Shown here piece by piece: positions 11,459-24,495 of a stretch of DNA of 64,000 bases. Source of the stretch: Acytostelium subglobosum (Eukaryota); the NCBI RefSeq assembly GCF_000787575.1, contig NW_012236531.1, positions 281,054 to 345,053 of the forward strand. Reading direction: 5' to 3'. The number at the start of each line of letters is the position of its first letter. The first letter of the stretch is position 1. A program made the position numbers and the translations under genes. The notes below the pieces were generated by a model. The model made no database searches. It worked only from the letters and a program-made list of their open reading frames with translations, and had not been told where the DNA came from.

Positions 11459-13532
11459 ATGAATTACAAGTACTTTGGACTATTCCTTTTGTTGGTACTC
11501 TGCCTTGAGATGGTTGTCCAAGTAAGTACTTTTTTTATACTAAATATTAATAATCCTTTCCAATCATTTATTCATTCAAAAGACTCATGCTGCAGTAGCT
11601 ACAAAGCCAAAAAAAGAAAGACTTGGCACCAACCAAGCCCAAGAGATTGGTCAACGCGCAGATCGAGAAGATCAATTGGCACAAGATGATGATGGTGTAC
11701 ACTGAGACTTTGATCAACAAAAAGACATACTTTGTGAAGCCGGAACAGCCACTCCAGTTTATGGAGATGTTGAAGGCCTACGTGATAACCGGAGTATCGT
11801 TCATCCCAGAAGTTGGTCCTGCCCTCAGTGGTATGATCGATACGATCTGGTCCGGCTTTATCGAGAACACTCCCATCAATGACTTCAACGAAGACTGGTA
11901 CCTGGCAGGCATCAGGGATGTGGTAGGCGACGAGTTGATCAAGTTTGATATTAGTAACTCCCTCGCGACGCTTCAGGGGCTGGTCAGACACTCCCAGGAC
12001 TTTCACACTTACGTCAATGAATCAAAGTACAACAGCTCCCAGGGTGTTCATGACATGATCAAGTCCTTCTACTTTTCTCTCGACAGTGGTCTGCGTGACC
12101 ATCTGGCTGGAGATTTCAATCGCCCAGGTTATGAACTAGGCGAGCTGCCCAGCTATGCCATCGCCGCCACCATCTACTTCATGCTCCAGGTCGAGTTCAA
12201 CAGACATGCAACGGAGTGGGGCTATGAAGAGAACGTCATCTGCATCCAGCGCCAAATCGCGTTTAATGTAATGCCCATCTACACGAATAACTGCATGGCC
12301 ATCTTCCAATCCACGCTCGCCAAGATTGTCGCCACCGAAGACACTGATGAACCAATCTCTGGGAGGAACACGTTTGAGAAGATTTTGGCGCTACGACGTA
12401 TCTTGATCCTGGCAGTGTTTGACTATGTCGGCATGTGGTGGCAGATGGACTCGGTCATGTTCCCCATGGGTGTATATGCTGAGAGGGTGCGCAAGGTGTG
12501 GGGGCCGACCTTGGGCTATGCCCGAGATATCGACGCAGTCCACGACCCCAATCAACTTGACCCAACCTACTTTGATAGGTTCACTGGCCCGGACATCACC
12601 TATGCTCGATACATGGAGATGTACGACGAGAAAGGAATTGAGCAAGTCAATGGCCTTATCTCTGCCGCTCCAGGACCGACCATTTCATCACCGGCCTCAC
12701 GGCGAAATACAGACACCCTGACAACATCATCTATGCAACCGAATGGAGCCGGAATGACAAACCACCTGCTGACTATGATGGCTACTTTATCTATTTCCCC
12801 AAGACCTTCAGGGACTCCAAGCTGACAATGATAGGCACATCCGTCCCCAAGTACATCAGCAACGACAATCCCGAGAACTCATTCCTTTTGTTTGTCGACG
12901 CCTACTCAGACGATATGGAGAATTGCATCGATCCTCAAGTCGGATGCTCTACAACGCCAGAGGAGAGGTACAATAACTTTAAGGTGCCATTCCACAAGGT
13001 CGGTGACATTGTGGCCTGGGACTCGAACAATGTGATCAATTTGAAGTACGAAGTCACCGACGCCCTCATGGTTGGCTTTGTGCCAACCAATGTGTTCCAC
13101 AGCAACACGGTGTTCAGGCACACCACCACTGCCATTGACGCCCAGAAGTTCACTGTAAAGCAGGGAGGAAGCATCTTTGTCCGCGACCACTTCACCATTG
13201 GCTCGCATGCCTTGATGATCCCAACTGGCAACGTCCTCTCGTACAACTTCATCGCCCAGGACAACAAGGGTAGCGATCACTACCTTGGTATTCTGGCCTG
13301 TCTGAAGACCGCTGGAGCTCCGGTGACTGTCACCATCACTCACTCGATACTCGGCAAGGTGTGCGACATTGTGATTGGCAGTACTGACTACCATCCCATT
13401 CTGGACATCAACCAAAACCTCGTGAGGCTGACCAGTGCTGGATTGAACGCTCAGAGTCCAAAGCTTGTCATTTCTGCAACTGGTGACTTCTATCTCAAGT
13501 CAATCATCTTTGTTCCATGGTTTAGTCCTTAA
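11459..13532 (+). pseudogene. Cry-like three-domain delta-endotoxin homolog, copy 1, with two frame-disrupting differences (probable pseudogene, or two sequencing errors)
   Basis: Exon 1 at 11459..11521 encodes the signal peptide MNYKYFGLFLLLVLCLEMVVQ. The GTAAGT intron spans 11522..11582 and exon 2 starts at 11583. An A7 homopolymer at ~11609-11616 carries +1 nt relative to paralogs (removing one A restores ...TKPKKKDLAPTKPKRLVNAQIEK...). A 7-nt deletion near 12668 (paralogs gcagctcacttcgccatgaccgac; here gccgctccaggaccgac) splits the ORF into 11623..12825 and 12828..13532. The rest is colinear with the intact copies, including block-1-like LPSYAIAATIYFMLQVEFNRHATEWGY and the C-terminal YLKSIIFVP. 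Confidence 0.6.
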
Positions 13533-13900
13533 TAAACTGATTATACATCCGTCCTTCCCTTGACTAGATCGATCGATTCATGCTTTGGAGTGCCAAATGA
13601 ATGATTGGCTGACTGAATGCATCGATGTCGACAATGATGAATGATTGATACTTTGTGCTGATAATGTTTCACACCGTCGACGACAACTCTGACTAAGATT
13701 GATTGTTTGATTGGTTGTGTAAGATCAAATTATTACTAATCGGAAGCAACGAGATCAAAATTGGTCAAGTCCATCTGTCTTCATTCTTTTATATTCATTC
13801 TTGCACTTTGGTGACAAAGTCATAAACATACACATACACTTTAGATATATATATATATATATATACAAACAACAAGATAAATGACGGCTTAATATCATAA

Positions 13901-14185
<285 letters not shown>

Positions 14186-14503
14186 TGAGTCTGGAATCAT
14201 TCCACTGACCCCAGTGACGCACCAACAGCGGAGCTGCACCATTCAATCAATAAACAACAACAGCGCGACGACCCCAGACACGTCCACATCAATCCAAAGT
14301 CGAACAGATGAACTTGGACGAGGAGCGAATGCATTCTGAACCAACGCTGGACATAAGGAGGCACGTCTCCTCACCATGGACGTCTACTCTGCCCAAACAA
14401 GACTTGGCTCGCGCAAATCATTATCACAACCAGCGGCTCAAGTCCACAACATCAGTAAACAAAAAGGATTGGAGAAGGAAAGATTAATCGATACTGTAGT
14501 TTA

Positions 14504-16531
14504 TTACTTTGGCACCAGGATGATAGATGTCAGACGCACATTGCTTCCAACTGCGGTGAATGTGAACAGGTTGTTGTCATGGTTGGGAGACAGGACAATG
14601 TCATAGTCAGGCGTGGTCTCAACGATTGAGTTCTTGTTCAAGAAGGGAAGAGTGAATGTTGCAACATCGACACCGTTCTTGGACACCTTGACACTGAGTG
14701 GCACCTTGGAGCCTGTGTACACGCGAAGATACAGGTCGTAGGCAATGTCGACCGCGTTGACAGAGTCGAAACGATATGTGATCGAGCCACCAACTGGGAT
14801 GAACATCGAGTGCAGGCCTGGGCCAAACGTCTCGGGCTCAAAGTAGGCGCCGCCATCGATGGACTGGTACTTCTGAGCGTCAATGACAGTGGTGGTCGCG
14901 CGCAAGATAACATTGTTGGCAAACACGTTGGAGGGGATCAGACCCACGGTGATAGCGTCGAGCGCCGGGTGGAGGGTAGTCCTCTCGTTGGTACCCCATC
15001 CAAAGGCGGTGCCAATCTTGTGGTCTGGGACAGCGATGTTGTCGGTGATACGCTGGCCGATCTCGCCGTAGAATGTTTGGCAGTACTCGTCGTTGGAAAG
15101 ACATCCGCGGTCCAGGGCAAGTCCGCCGACGCCGGGGAAGACGAGTCGGCGAGGAAGATGGTCATGGTGGAAGCTTGCGTTCTGGGTGACGGATGTGGGT
15201 GGGAACTTGAAGTTCTTGTTCTTGGTCACACCTGGTTCAGCGACGAGCGTTCCAACTTCGGCGCCCTTGCGAGTGCTGGCGGGGGTTGCAGGACGGCTGG
15301 TCGTGTAGGTTGGTTGGGCGCTGTAGATGATCTCGTCGGGCTTGTGAACAATGAGGAAACTGGTCATCTCTCCCTTGTAGTCCTCCTGTTTGAGTCCCCA
15401 CCACATCTCGGTCAGACGCTCGAATGATGGACTGACGTAGTCGGAGATGTTCTCAGAGCTGATCATGTCTGGGTCGACACTGTAGCCAATGGTCTTGGAG
15501 AAGAGGTAGCGCACACGCTCTGCATGGAAGCCGTGGAGGCCAGCGATCTTGGGGTCGAGGTTGTACCACATGGCGACAAAGTCAGACACCTGGGTGATCA
15601 CGATCCGACGCAGATCCTGGAAGTTGTCAAATCGGCCAGAGCCGTCAAAGTTACCCAAGTTGGTCATTGGTGTATTGGCTTCATCGAATACGTCTCTGGC
15701 GTAGTGTGAGTAGTCGTCGATGACCTCGTAGTAAGTATCGCGGTATGTGGTCACATTCTGGGTGGAGAAGCCCCAGGTCTCACCCCAGCGCACAAGGTCG
15801 GTCAGGAGGAGCACGTGAGAGGTGGCGGCCAGGGAGAAGATGGTGAGCTGATCGAGGGGATGTCTGCGGAACTCCCCGCCGTCCGCAAGCACAGTGGTCA
15901 GCAGGCTCTCTAGTTTATCAATGGCAACTCTAAGGTAGAGAGCTGTGGTAGGATTACTGGGTGCAGCAGTGAAGGCGGTGAGCGAGTTGGTGTAGTCCTT
16001 TGCGGCAATTTGGATAAACTGGTAGTATACTGGATCTACTCTATCTGCGCTGTCCTCGTTGTAGAGGATAGAATTAGGGTCGACGGAGGCCTGGACGATT
16101 GCAGAGTAGAGGCCAGTGACCTTGGCGTCGCCCGTAGTGTAAGGTGTCTCGTTCTCCACCACGTAGCTCCAGATAGAAGTGATAAAGCTGGATGTGGCTA
16201 TGAATGGTGAGTAGCCAGCGGTGTTGAGCGCGTTGATCACCTTGCTAACGTGAGCATAGAATGATGGACCAAAATCGGTAAACAACGGGAAGGAGTAGTC
16301 GTCCAGTGGCGACGTGAACCTTCCAACAAAGGCAGTGTTCTCAGTGAGCCATCCAACTTTGTTAAAGGCTGCGTCCTAAGATGTGCCATTGTATATCAAG
16401 TGATTGGAATTTGAGAGTTAGTGAGTGATCAGGGTTGGCAGACATAGAGTTAGCTAAATACAAACAGACTTGTCAACAGTGATCATAATCATGGACACCA
16501 AGATGGCACCCAATATTATATGTTTGAACAT
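14504..16531 (-). CDS. Cry-like three-domain delta-endotoxin homolog, copy 2 (divergent subfamily, inverted orientation), about 646 aa, predicted secreted
   Basis: Exon 1 at ~16466..16531 encodes MFKHIILGAILVSMIMITVDKS (signal peptide) with a GTTTGT donor. The intron spans ~16379..16465 and ends in an acceptor reading ...cttag on the minus strand (plus-strand 16376..16378 = cta). Exon 2 runs 14504..16378 and begins DAAFNKVGWLTENTAF.... Block-1-like: HPLDQLTIFSLAATSHVLLLTDLVRWGETWGFSTQNVTTYRDTYYEVIDDYSHYARDVF, compared with Cry1A [55 protein letters not shown]. Block-2-like: DLRRIVITQVSDFVAMWYNLDP compared with [21 protein letters not shown]. The C-terminus ends ...VRLTSIILVPK. Confidence 0.8.
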
Positions 16532-16779
16532 GATGGATATATTTGTATATATTTAGTATTATTATTATTATTTGTAATTTTATATTTATTTATATTATTA
16601 TATCAAGTCTCGAGAAATGAGAGAACGAGTAGTAGAAGGTCCATCAGATAAGTTTAGGGGATGAATGGATAGAAGGACAGCACTTGTAGTATGGTCACAA
16701 GGAACATGTCGATTGATGATGCCTGGCATGTGACCATCAGATATATAATGAACGATAGGCACAATTCCACGATTCCAAA

Positions 16780-17224
16780 TCAAATGGCGGGTCGATCAAA
16801 TCAACTTCGTATTTTTAGCCTATTGAATTGTTTGGTGAGCATCAAATCCAATGATGGCCGGGTGTATCCAAGGCCTCCTTTCCATTTTTAGCAAAAAGTT
16901 GATGACCCACCATCTGGTGGCCTTAGGTAGATTTATCCCGAGTGTGACCACCAATCGCCATCGACCATGTGTACCTTCAATCATCTTTGCATCATCAATT
17001 AATTTGATCCCTCGTTCTATTGTCCATATTACAAAGACTGGGAAGGAAGTGCACTGACCCCACACAACTGTGTGGACATGGTAGGGACAAGAAGGACCTG
17101 ATGTATCCATCCACATCAATAATGATCAACAATAACAGACAAATCCACACAGACTACATCAATTGATTAATCATTCGTTTCTTACAAAGGGTAACAATAA
17201 TAATAATAATAATTATAATATAGA
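16780..17224 (+). promoter_or_regulatory. conserved upstream element plus proximal promoter of the Cry-like family (copy 2, upstream of gene 3)
   Basis: Same aaggcctcctttccatttttagcaaaaagttgatgacccaccatctggtg core. The downstream blocks tgtgtaccttcaa..cat.tttgca...ccctcgttct..tgtccat.ttacaaag...ggaagg and attcgtttcttacaaagggtaacaataataat...atagaatgaattacaag are shared with the region upstream of gene 5. Confidence 0.5.
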
Positions 17225-19337
17225 ATGAATTACAAGTACTTGGGACTAGTCCTGGTGCTTCTCATGTCCCTTGAGATTGTTGTTCAGGTATGTACTTATA
17301 CTTTAAAAGACTGACCATGGTCAATCTTTGATCTAATTATTAACCCTATTCATTCATTCTTTCATTCCAAAGACTCATGCTGCAGTGGTAACCCCAAGAA
17401 AGAAAGACACCGCCTCCACCAAGCCCAAGCCCAAGAGATTGGTCAACGCTCAGATCGAGAAGATCAATTGGCAGAAGTTGATGTTGGTGAACACAGACTT
17501 GTTGATCAACAAAAAGACATACTTTGTGAAGCCGGATCAGCCATTCCAGTTCATGGAATTCCTGAAAGCCTACGTAGTTACCGGAGTATCGTTCATACCA
17601 GAAGTTGGCCCAGCCCTCAGTGGTGTCATCGACAGTGTGTGGTCTGGCTATATCGAGAACACCCAGAGCAATGACTTTAACGAGGATTGGTACCTGGCCG
17701 GCATCCGCGAGGTAGTTGGTGACGAGCTGGTCAAGTATGACATTACCAACACTGTCGCGACCCTCAGAAGTATTGCCAAGCTCACCAAGGACTTTCACAA
17801 ATATGTCAATGAGACCAAGTACCACAACACCGACAGCGTTCGTGAGTCTGTAAGGAACTACTACCATACACTCGCAAGTGGTCTGCGTGATCATATGGAA
17901 GGAGATTTCGCCCGCCCAGGCTACGAACTTGGCGAACTGCCCAGCTATGCCATCGCCGCCACCGTCTACTTCATGCTCCAGGTCGAGTTCAACAGGCATG
18001 CATTGGAATGGGGATTTGACGAGAACGTTATCCGCATCGAGAACGAATTGTCAATGGAGGCAAGGTCCAATTACACCACCCACTGCATCACGACCTTCGA
18101 GAACACGCTCGCCAAGATTGTTGCTGCTGAAGATGATGGCGAGCCAATCTTTGGAAGGAACCAGTTCGAGAAGATGCTGGCGCTGCGCCGCATCTTGATC
18201 CCGGCAGTGTTTGACTATGTTGGCATGTGGTGGCAAATGGACTCGACCATGTTCCCCATGGGTGTATATGCTGAGAGGGTGCGCAAGGTGTGGGCACCGA
18301 CTTTGGGATATGCCCGAGATCCTGACGTAGGATATAACGATGATCAATTCGAGAATCGGTACTCAGGCCCGGGAGTCTCCTATGCTCGCTACATGGAACT
18401 GTACGACCAGAAAGGAATTGAAGAGTACAAAGGCCTAATCAAGGTCGCTCATTTCGCCGTGAACGACAACTTCATCACAGGCTTACGCAAGAGCTATTTA
18501 TCCCCCACCAATGATGCTTATTCAACTCCTTGGAGCCACAATGACAATCCACCCGCGGATGATAGGGGCTACGTCGTCAACTTCCCCAGGACCTTCAAGG
18601 AAGCCCAGCTGACATTGATTGGCGATTCCATCCCCAGGTACATCAGGTCCTTTGATCCTCAGAACCTATTCTTTTTGTTACTCGATGGCGAAACTGAAGA
18701 ATCGAGGAAGAATTGCTTCAAATCCTCCTATCTCAACAATGTAGCCCCAATTATATGCCCAACATCGGCAGAGGAGAGGTATGAAGACTTTTCTGTGCCG
18801 CTCCACAAGGTCGGTGACATCATTGCCTGGGACCAGAACGTGGTGATCAATCAGGAGTACGACGTCACCGACGCCATAATGATTGGCCTTGTGCCAACCG
18901 ACGTCTTCCACAGCAACACTGTCTTCAGGACTACCGCCACGGCCATCGACGCCCAGAAGTACTCTGGAAAGCATGCAGGAAGCACCTTTGTTCGCGACCA
19001 CTTCACAATTGGCTCGCATGCCATGTTGATCCCAACTGGAAGCAGCCTCAAGTACCACTTTATCGCCCAGGACAACGCCGGTAGCAATCACTACCTTGGT
19101 ATTCTGGCCTGTCTGCAGAATGCTGGAGCTCCAGTGACGGTCACCATCACCCACTCGAAACTCGGCAAGGTGTGCGACATTGTGATCAGCAGTACCGACT
19201 ACGCTCCACTTCTGGACGCCAACAAAAGCCTCTTGAGGCTGAATAGTGCTGGATTGAGCGCTCAGAGTCCAACACTTACTATCTCGGCCACTGGCAACTT
19301 CTACCTCAAGTCAATCATCTTTGTTCCAAGACCTTAA
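17225..19337 (+). CDS. Cry-like three-domain delta-endotoxin homolog, copy 3, intact, about 675 aa, secreted
   Basis: Exon 1 at 17225..17287 encodes MNYKYLGLVLVLLMSLEIVVQ. The GTATGT intron spans 17288..17372 with acceptor ccaaag, and exon 2 runs 17373..19337 as an open frame (THAAVVTPRKKDTASTKPKPKRLVNAQIEKINWQK...). Block-1-like LPSYAIAATVYFMLQVEFNRHALEWGF, block-2-like LALRRILIPAVFDYVGMWWQMD, C-terminal block-5-like NFYLKSIIFVPRP. Confidence 0.85.
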
Positions 19338-19869
19338 TAAATCATCCATCCATCTCTTGAACTCGATCGTTGAAACCTGCTCGACAAGTGAGATAGATGT
19401 TGGAGTTTGTCCTCGTCAATGTCCACAACAACACACCTGATGGATGGACAGTGAGTACTTGGATGACAATGTATTAGTATATGATGTACTTGTTTGGATG
19501 TCTGGTCGATCCCTAAATGGATAATTTAATCTGTTCAACAACCATTGACGTCAGTGTAGAGCACCCCCTGTGTCGTCTTGTCCACAACTTTGGAGAATGA
19601 TTGCTCCCCAGTACCAGCTTGAGTGAATGATCATGTTGATTATCAACATGTAAGTTATACTTGAGGACCAGCATACATCAACACAAAGATTGATGCTCGT
19701 CTTCAAATAAAACAAGTTCATCATTGACATCCTTGACCAATGTTGTCTGTCAATCAAATGTGTCTGTTTCTTCCTTGCATGGTTGAAGGAAGACAAGCTC
19801 ATCCATTCTCCAGAGTCCGCTGAGGTCTTCAATCAATCAATCAATCAATCATTATCATTCATTCCAAAG

Positions 19870-21815
19870 ACTCATGCTGCAGTGGCAATCCCCAAGCCCA
19901 AGACCAAGTCCAAGCCCAAGAGAGTGGTCAACGCTCAGATCGAGAAGATCAATTGGCAGAAGATGATGATGGTGAACACAGAGTTGTTGATTGAGAAAAA
20001 GACATACTTTGTGAACCGGAACAACCATTACAGTTCATGGAGTTCATGAAAGCCTACGTAGTTACTGGAGTATCGTTCATCCCAGATGTTGGCCCAGCCA
20101 TCAGTGGTATCATCGATGCGGTCTGGTCGGGCTATTTGGAGAACACCCAGAGCAATGACTTCAACGAGGATTGGTACCTGGCCGGCATCCGTGAGGTAGT
20201 TGGCGACGAGCTGATCAAGTATGACATTAACAAGACGCTCGACACGCTCAAAGGTATTGCCAAGCTCACCAAGGACTACCACAAATATGTCAATGCTTCA
20301 AAGTACAACAACACCGACAGCATTCGTGAGCAGGTCAAGTTCTACTACAATTCACTCAGCAGTGGTCTGCGTGACCATCTGAACGGAGACTTTGCACGCG
20401 AAGGCTTCGAACTTGGTGAACTGCCCAGCTATGCCATCGCCGCCACCGTCTACTTCATGCTTGGGGTGGAGTTCAACAGGCATGCATCTGAATGGGGATT
20501 TGACGAGAACGTCGTCCGCATCGAGAACGAAATGTCATTGGAGGCAAGGATCAATTGCACCAACCACTGTCGCACTACCTTTGAGAACACGCTCGCCAAG
20601 ATTGCCAATGCCGTGGACATTGGTGAACCAATCTTTGGAAGGAACCAGTTCGAGAAGATGCTGGCGCTGCGCCGTATATTGATCCCGGCAGTGTTGACTA
20701 TGTCGGCATGTGGTGGCAGATGGACTCAATCATGTTCCCCATGGGTTCATATGCTGAGAAGGTGCGCAAGGTGTGGGCACCAACCATTGGCTATGCCCGA
20801 GACCCTGACGTAGACTTAAGTTATGAACAGTTTGAGAATAGGTTCACTGGCCCGGGAGTATCCTATGCTCGCTACATGCAGCTCTACGACGAGAAAGGCA
20901 TTGAACAGTTCAATGGCCTTATCGTGGCAGCTCACTTCGCCATGACCGACCACTTCATCACCTGCATGCGTGCGAGATACCTCAGACCCAGCAACATCGT
21001 CTACTCAACTGAATGGAGCCGCAATGACAAACCCGTGGATGACTATGGCTATACAATTGTATTCCCAGGGAAGACCTTCAAGGAAGCCTCGCTGACATTG
21101 ATTGGCGAATCCACACCCAAGAGAATCAGCTCCTATGATCCCGACAACGTATTCTATTTTTCGGTCGATGGCCAAGGTCTATTGTGAAGACCGGGAAACT
21201 CAAACATGCACCAAGACGCCAGAGGAGAAGTATGAAAACTTCTACGTGCCATTGCACAAGGTCGGTGACATCATTGCCTGGGACAGGAACAATGTGATCA
21301 GTTTAGAGTACGACGTCACCGACGCTGTCATGGTTGGCTTTGTGCCAACCGATGTGTTCCCCAGCAACACGATCTTCAGGAAGACGGCCACTATCATTGA
21401 CGCCCAGAAGTTCTCTGGAAAGCACGCCGGAAGCATATTTGCCCGCGACCACTACACCATTGGCTCGCATGCCATGTTGATCCCAACTGGCAACGTGCTC
21501 TCGTACCACTTTATCTCCCAGGACAACAAGGGCAGCAATCACTACATTGGTATTATGGCATGTTTGCAGACCGCTGGAGCTCCAGTGACGGTCACCATCA
21601 CCCACTCGAAACTCGTCAAGGTGTGTGACATTGTGATCAGCAGTACCGACTACGCTCCACTTCTGGACGCCAACAAAAGCCTTGTGAGGTTGAACAGTGC
21701 TGGATTGAATGCCCAAAGTCCAACACTTACTATCTCGGCCACTGGCAACTTCTACCTCAAGTCAATCATCTTTGTTCCAAGATCAAAGGCCTCCTTTCCA
21801 TTAGCAAAAATTTGA
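19870..21815 (+). pseudogene. Cry-like homolog, copy 4: pseudogene with at least three frameshifts, no recognisable signal-peptide exon, and a 3' end replaced by the upstream-element repeat
   Basis: Acceptor ccaaag at 19868-19869. Frame breaks: 1-nt deletion near 20020 (gtgaa-ccgga versus paralog gtgaagccgga); 1-nt deletion near 20690 (gtgttgactatg versus gtgtttgactatg); an indel near 21150-21200. The ORF pieces 19783..20049, 20037..20813, 20708..21187 and 21102..21815 are all colinear with copy 3. The end reads ...IIFVPRSKASFPLAKI because aaggcctcctttccatt (the repeat core) abuts at 21786. Confidence 0.75.
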
Positions 21816-22340
21816 TGGAGGGTCATCCAGGTGGCAATTCGTTTAGATTTATCCCGAGTGTGATCACCATTCGCCATCGGATCTGGAGGAAGTTGCGACG
21901 GGTCATGATGTGGATGAAGGTCTTCTCGTCAGTGCCGATCTTGTTTTTGGAGATCGTCAAGCCATAAATGTTGTTGTTATTTCAACAACATCACCCATTG
22001 GCCATCATCACCATGAATCATCATCCATTCATTGTTTGTCCATAGATAACAACAATAAACTCACTTTATTGCACTCTGTATAACATAAATCTTCATCGAC
22101 CCTGTGTACCTTCAAACATATTTGCAGCAACCATTGATATGACCCCCTCGTTCTTCTGTGTCCATGTTACAAAGGATTTGAAGGAAGGAAGATGCTCTCC
22201 ATATAGGCACAACCGCCTCTCTCATCCATGTCCTATACCTGACCTGAGGTATCCTTCCATTCACTTCATTTATAAACAATAATAATACAATAAAATACAT
22301 AATAATTATTCGTTTCATTCAAAGGATATAGAAAATATAG
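21786..22340 (+). promoter_or_regulatory. conserved upstream element plus proximal promoter of the Cry-like family (copy 3, upstream of gene 5), overwriting the 3' end of pseudogene 4
   Basis: Core aaggcctcctttccattagcaaaaatttgatgga...gatttatcccgagtgtgatcacc at 21786..21870. Blocks ccctgtgtaccttcaaacatatttgcagcaaccattgatatgaccccctcgttcttctgtgtccatgttacaaagga...ggaagg at 22100..22200. Proximal attcgtttcattcaaaggatatagaaaatatagaatgagtaac. Confidence 0.5.
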
Positions 22341-24443
22341 AATGAGTAACAAGAATTTGGGACTATTCCTGATGCTGATAATGTGCCTTGAGCAGGTTGC
22401 CCATGTATGGGCATAACAAAATACATTCATCATCAATCAATCATTGTAAATATTAACAATAACCTCCATAAATTGTGATTCATTCTTTTCTTCTTTCCAA
22501 AGACTCAAGCTGTAGTTATAGCCAAACTAACGACCAGCCCTTCAACGATTCCCAAGCCCAAGCCCAAGAGAGTGGTCAACGCGCAGATCGAGAAGATCAA
22601 TTGGCAGAAGATGATGATGGTCAACACAGAGACATTGATCGAGAAAAAGACATACTTTGTGAAACCGGATCAGCCAGCCCAGTTCATGGAATTCATCAAG
22701 GCCTATGTGATTACCGGAGTATCGTTCATCCCAGAAGTTGGCCCTGCCCTCAGTGGTGCCATCGACTCAATCTGGTCTGGCTTTCTGGAGAACACCAATG
22801 ACAATGACTTCAACGAGGATTGGTACCTGGCCGGCATCCGTGACGTGGTTGGCGACGAGTTGATCAAGTTTGACATCACTGACACGATCTCCAAGCTACA
22901 AGGTTTTGGAGAACTGACCAAGAACTTTCACACATATGTCAATGAGTCAAAGTACCACAACACCGCGAGTGTTCGAAAGCAGATCCAAACCTACTACAAT
23001 GCCCTCGACATCGGTCTGCGTCTACATCTGAACGGAGACTTCAAGCGCCCTGGATTCGAACTTGGCGAGCTGCCCAGCTATGCCGTCGCTGCCACTGTCT
23101 ACTTCATGCTCCAGGTCGAGTTCAACAGACATGCATTGGCATGGGGCTTTGACGAGAATGTCATCCGCATCCAGAGAGGCTTCGCCTTGGATGCTCTACA
23201 AAATTACACCTCCCACTGTCGTACAACCTTTGACAACACGATCGCCAAGATTGCCGCTGCTGAGGACCCCTATGATCCAATCTCTGGAAGGAACACGTTC
23301 GAGAGAATGCTGGCTGTGCGCCGAATCTTGATCCCAGCCGTGTTTGACTACGTCGGAATGTGGTGGCAAATGGACGCTATTATGTTCCCCAAGGGTGTAT
23401 ATGCTGAGAGGGTGCGCAAGGTGTGGGCACCAACCATTGGCTATGCCCGAGACCCTGACGCCCTTAGTACCCCAAACAACGTGAATATGTTCACCGGCCC
23501 TGGAGTCTCATACAGTCGCTACATGTATTTCTATGACCTGAGAGCAATTGAGCAGGTCAAAGGGCTTATCTCCGTTGCACACTTCTCCTTGAACGACATG
23601 TACATCACTGGTCTTCGCAAAACCTATAGGGGCTCCAACATGGACTACTCAACTGGTTGGAGCCGATGTGACACACTTCCTGGGGACGACCTGGTCCGTG
23701 GCTATGTCATCAACTTCCCCAAGACTTTCAAGGAAGCTAAGCTGACTTTGATTGGCGACTCGGTACCCAAGTATATCAGGTCCATCGATCCCGATAACCA
23801 ATACTTTGTCTTGGTCGATGGCGAGTTCACTGAAGAGTATTGCAACCAAGCTGAGTACTCTTGCACGCCAACGCCAGAGGAGAAGTATGAAGACTTCATT
23901 GTGCCGCTCCACAAAGTCGGTGACATGATTGCATGGGACCAGAACAGTTTGATCAATTATAGGTACGATGTAACCGACGCCATCATGGTTGGCCTTGTGC
24001 CAACCGACCTGTTCCACAGCAACACTGTGTTCAGGCACACCACCACGGCCATCGACGCTCAGAAGTTCTCTGGAAAGGAGGAAGGAAGCATCTTTGCCCG
24101 CGACCACTTCACTATTGGCTCTCATGCCATGATGATCCCAATTGGACATAGTCTCAAGTACCATTTTATCGCGCAGGACAACAAAGGTAGTGATCACTAC
24201 GTGGGAATTATGGCATGTTTGAAGACCGCTGGAGCTCCAGTGACAGTCACCATCACACACTCGGTACTCGGCAAGTTGTGTGATATCGTGATCAGTAGTA
24301 CCGACTACCATCCCATTATGGATGCCACCCAGAGCCTGGTGAGGCTGACCAGTCCAAGGGCGACCTCCAAAAGTCCTTATTATTCCATTTCCGGAACAGG
24401 TGACTTCTACCTCAAGTCAATTATTTTAGTTCCAAGACCTTAA
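22341..24443 (+). CDS. Cry-like three-domain delta-endotoxin homolog, copy 5, intact, about 667 aa, secreted
   Basis: Exon 1 at 22341..22403 encodes MSNKNLGLFLMLIMCLEQVAH. The GTATGG intron spans 22404..22502 with acceptor ccaaag, and exon 2 runs 22503..24443 as an open frame (TQAVVIAKLTTSPSTIPKPKPKRVVNAQIEK...). Same conserved blocks, ending ...DFYLKSIILVPRP. Confidence 0.85.
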
Positions 24444-24495
24444 TAAACAATCATCTTCTATACATCCCTCCTTGAACTCAATGTTGACACATGTT

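Noticed and set aside
12906-13415. Minus-strand ORFs overlapping the Cry-like genes (12906..13415, 17346..17999, 18678..19154, 21303..21716, 23649..24311, 14810..15427 on the plus strand)
   Set aside because: They are antisense shadows of the strongly supported Cry-like reading frames, with no independent homology or start context.
16820-17119. 99-aa minus ORF across the conserved upstream element
   Set aside because: It is open in all three element copies but lacks a start or splice context, and it overlaps a region more plausibly acting as a promoter. It is kept as a hypothesis under the upstream-element finding rather than called a gene.
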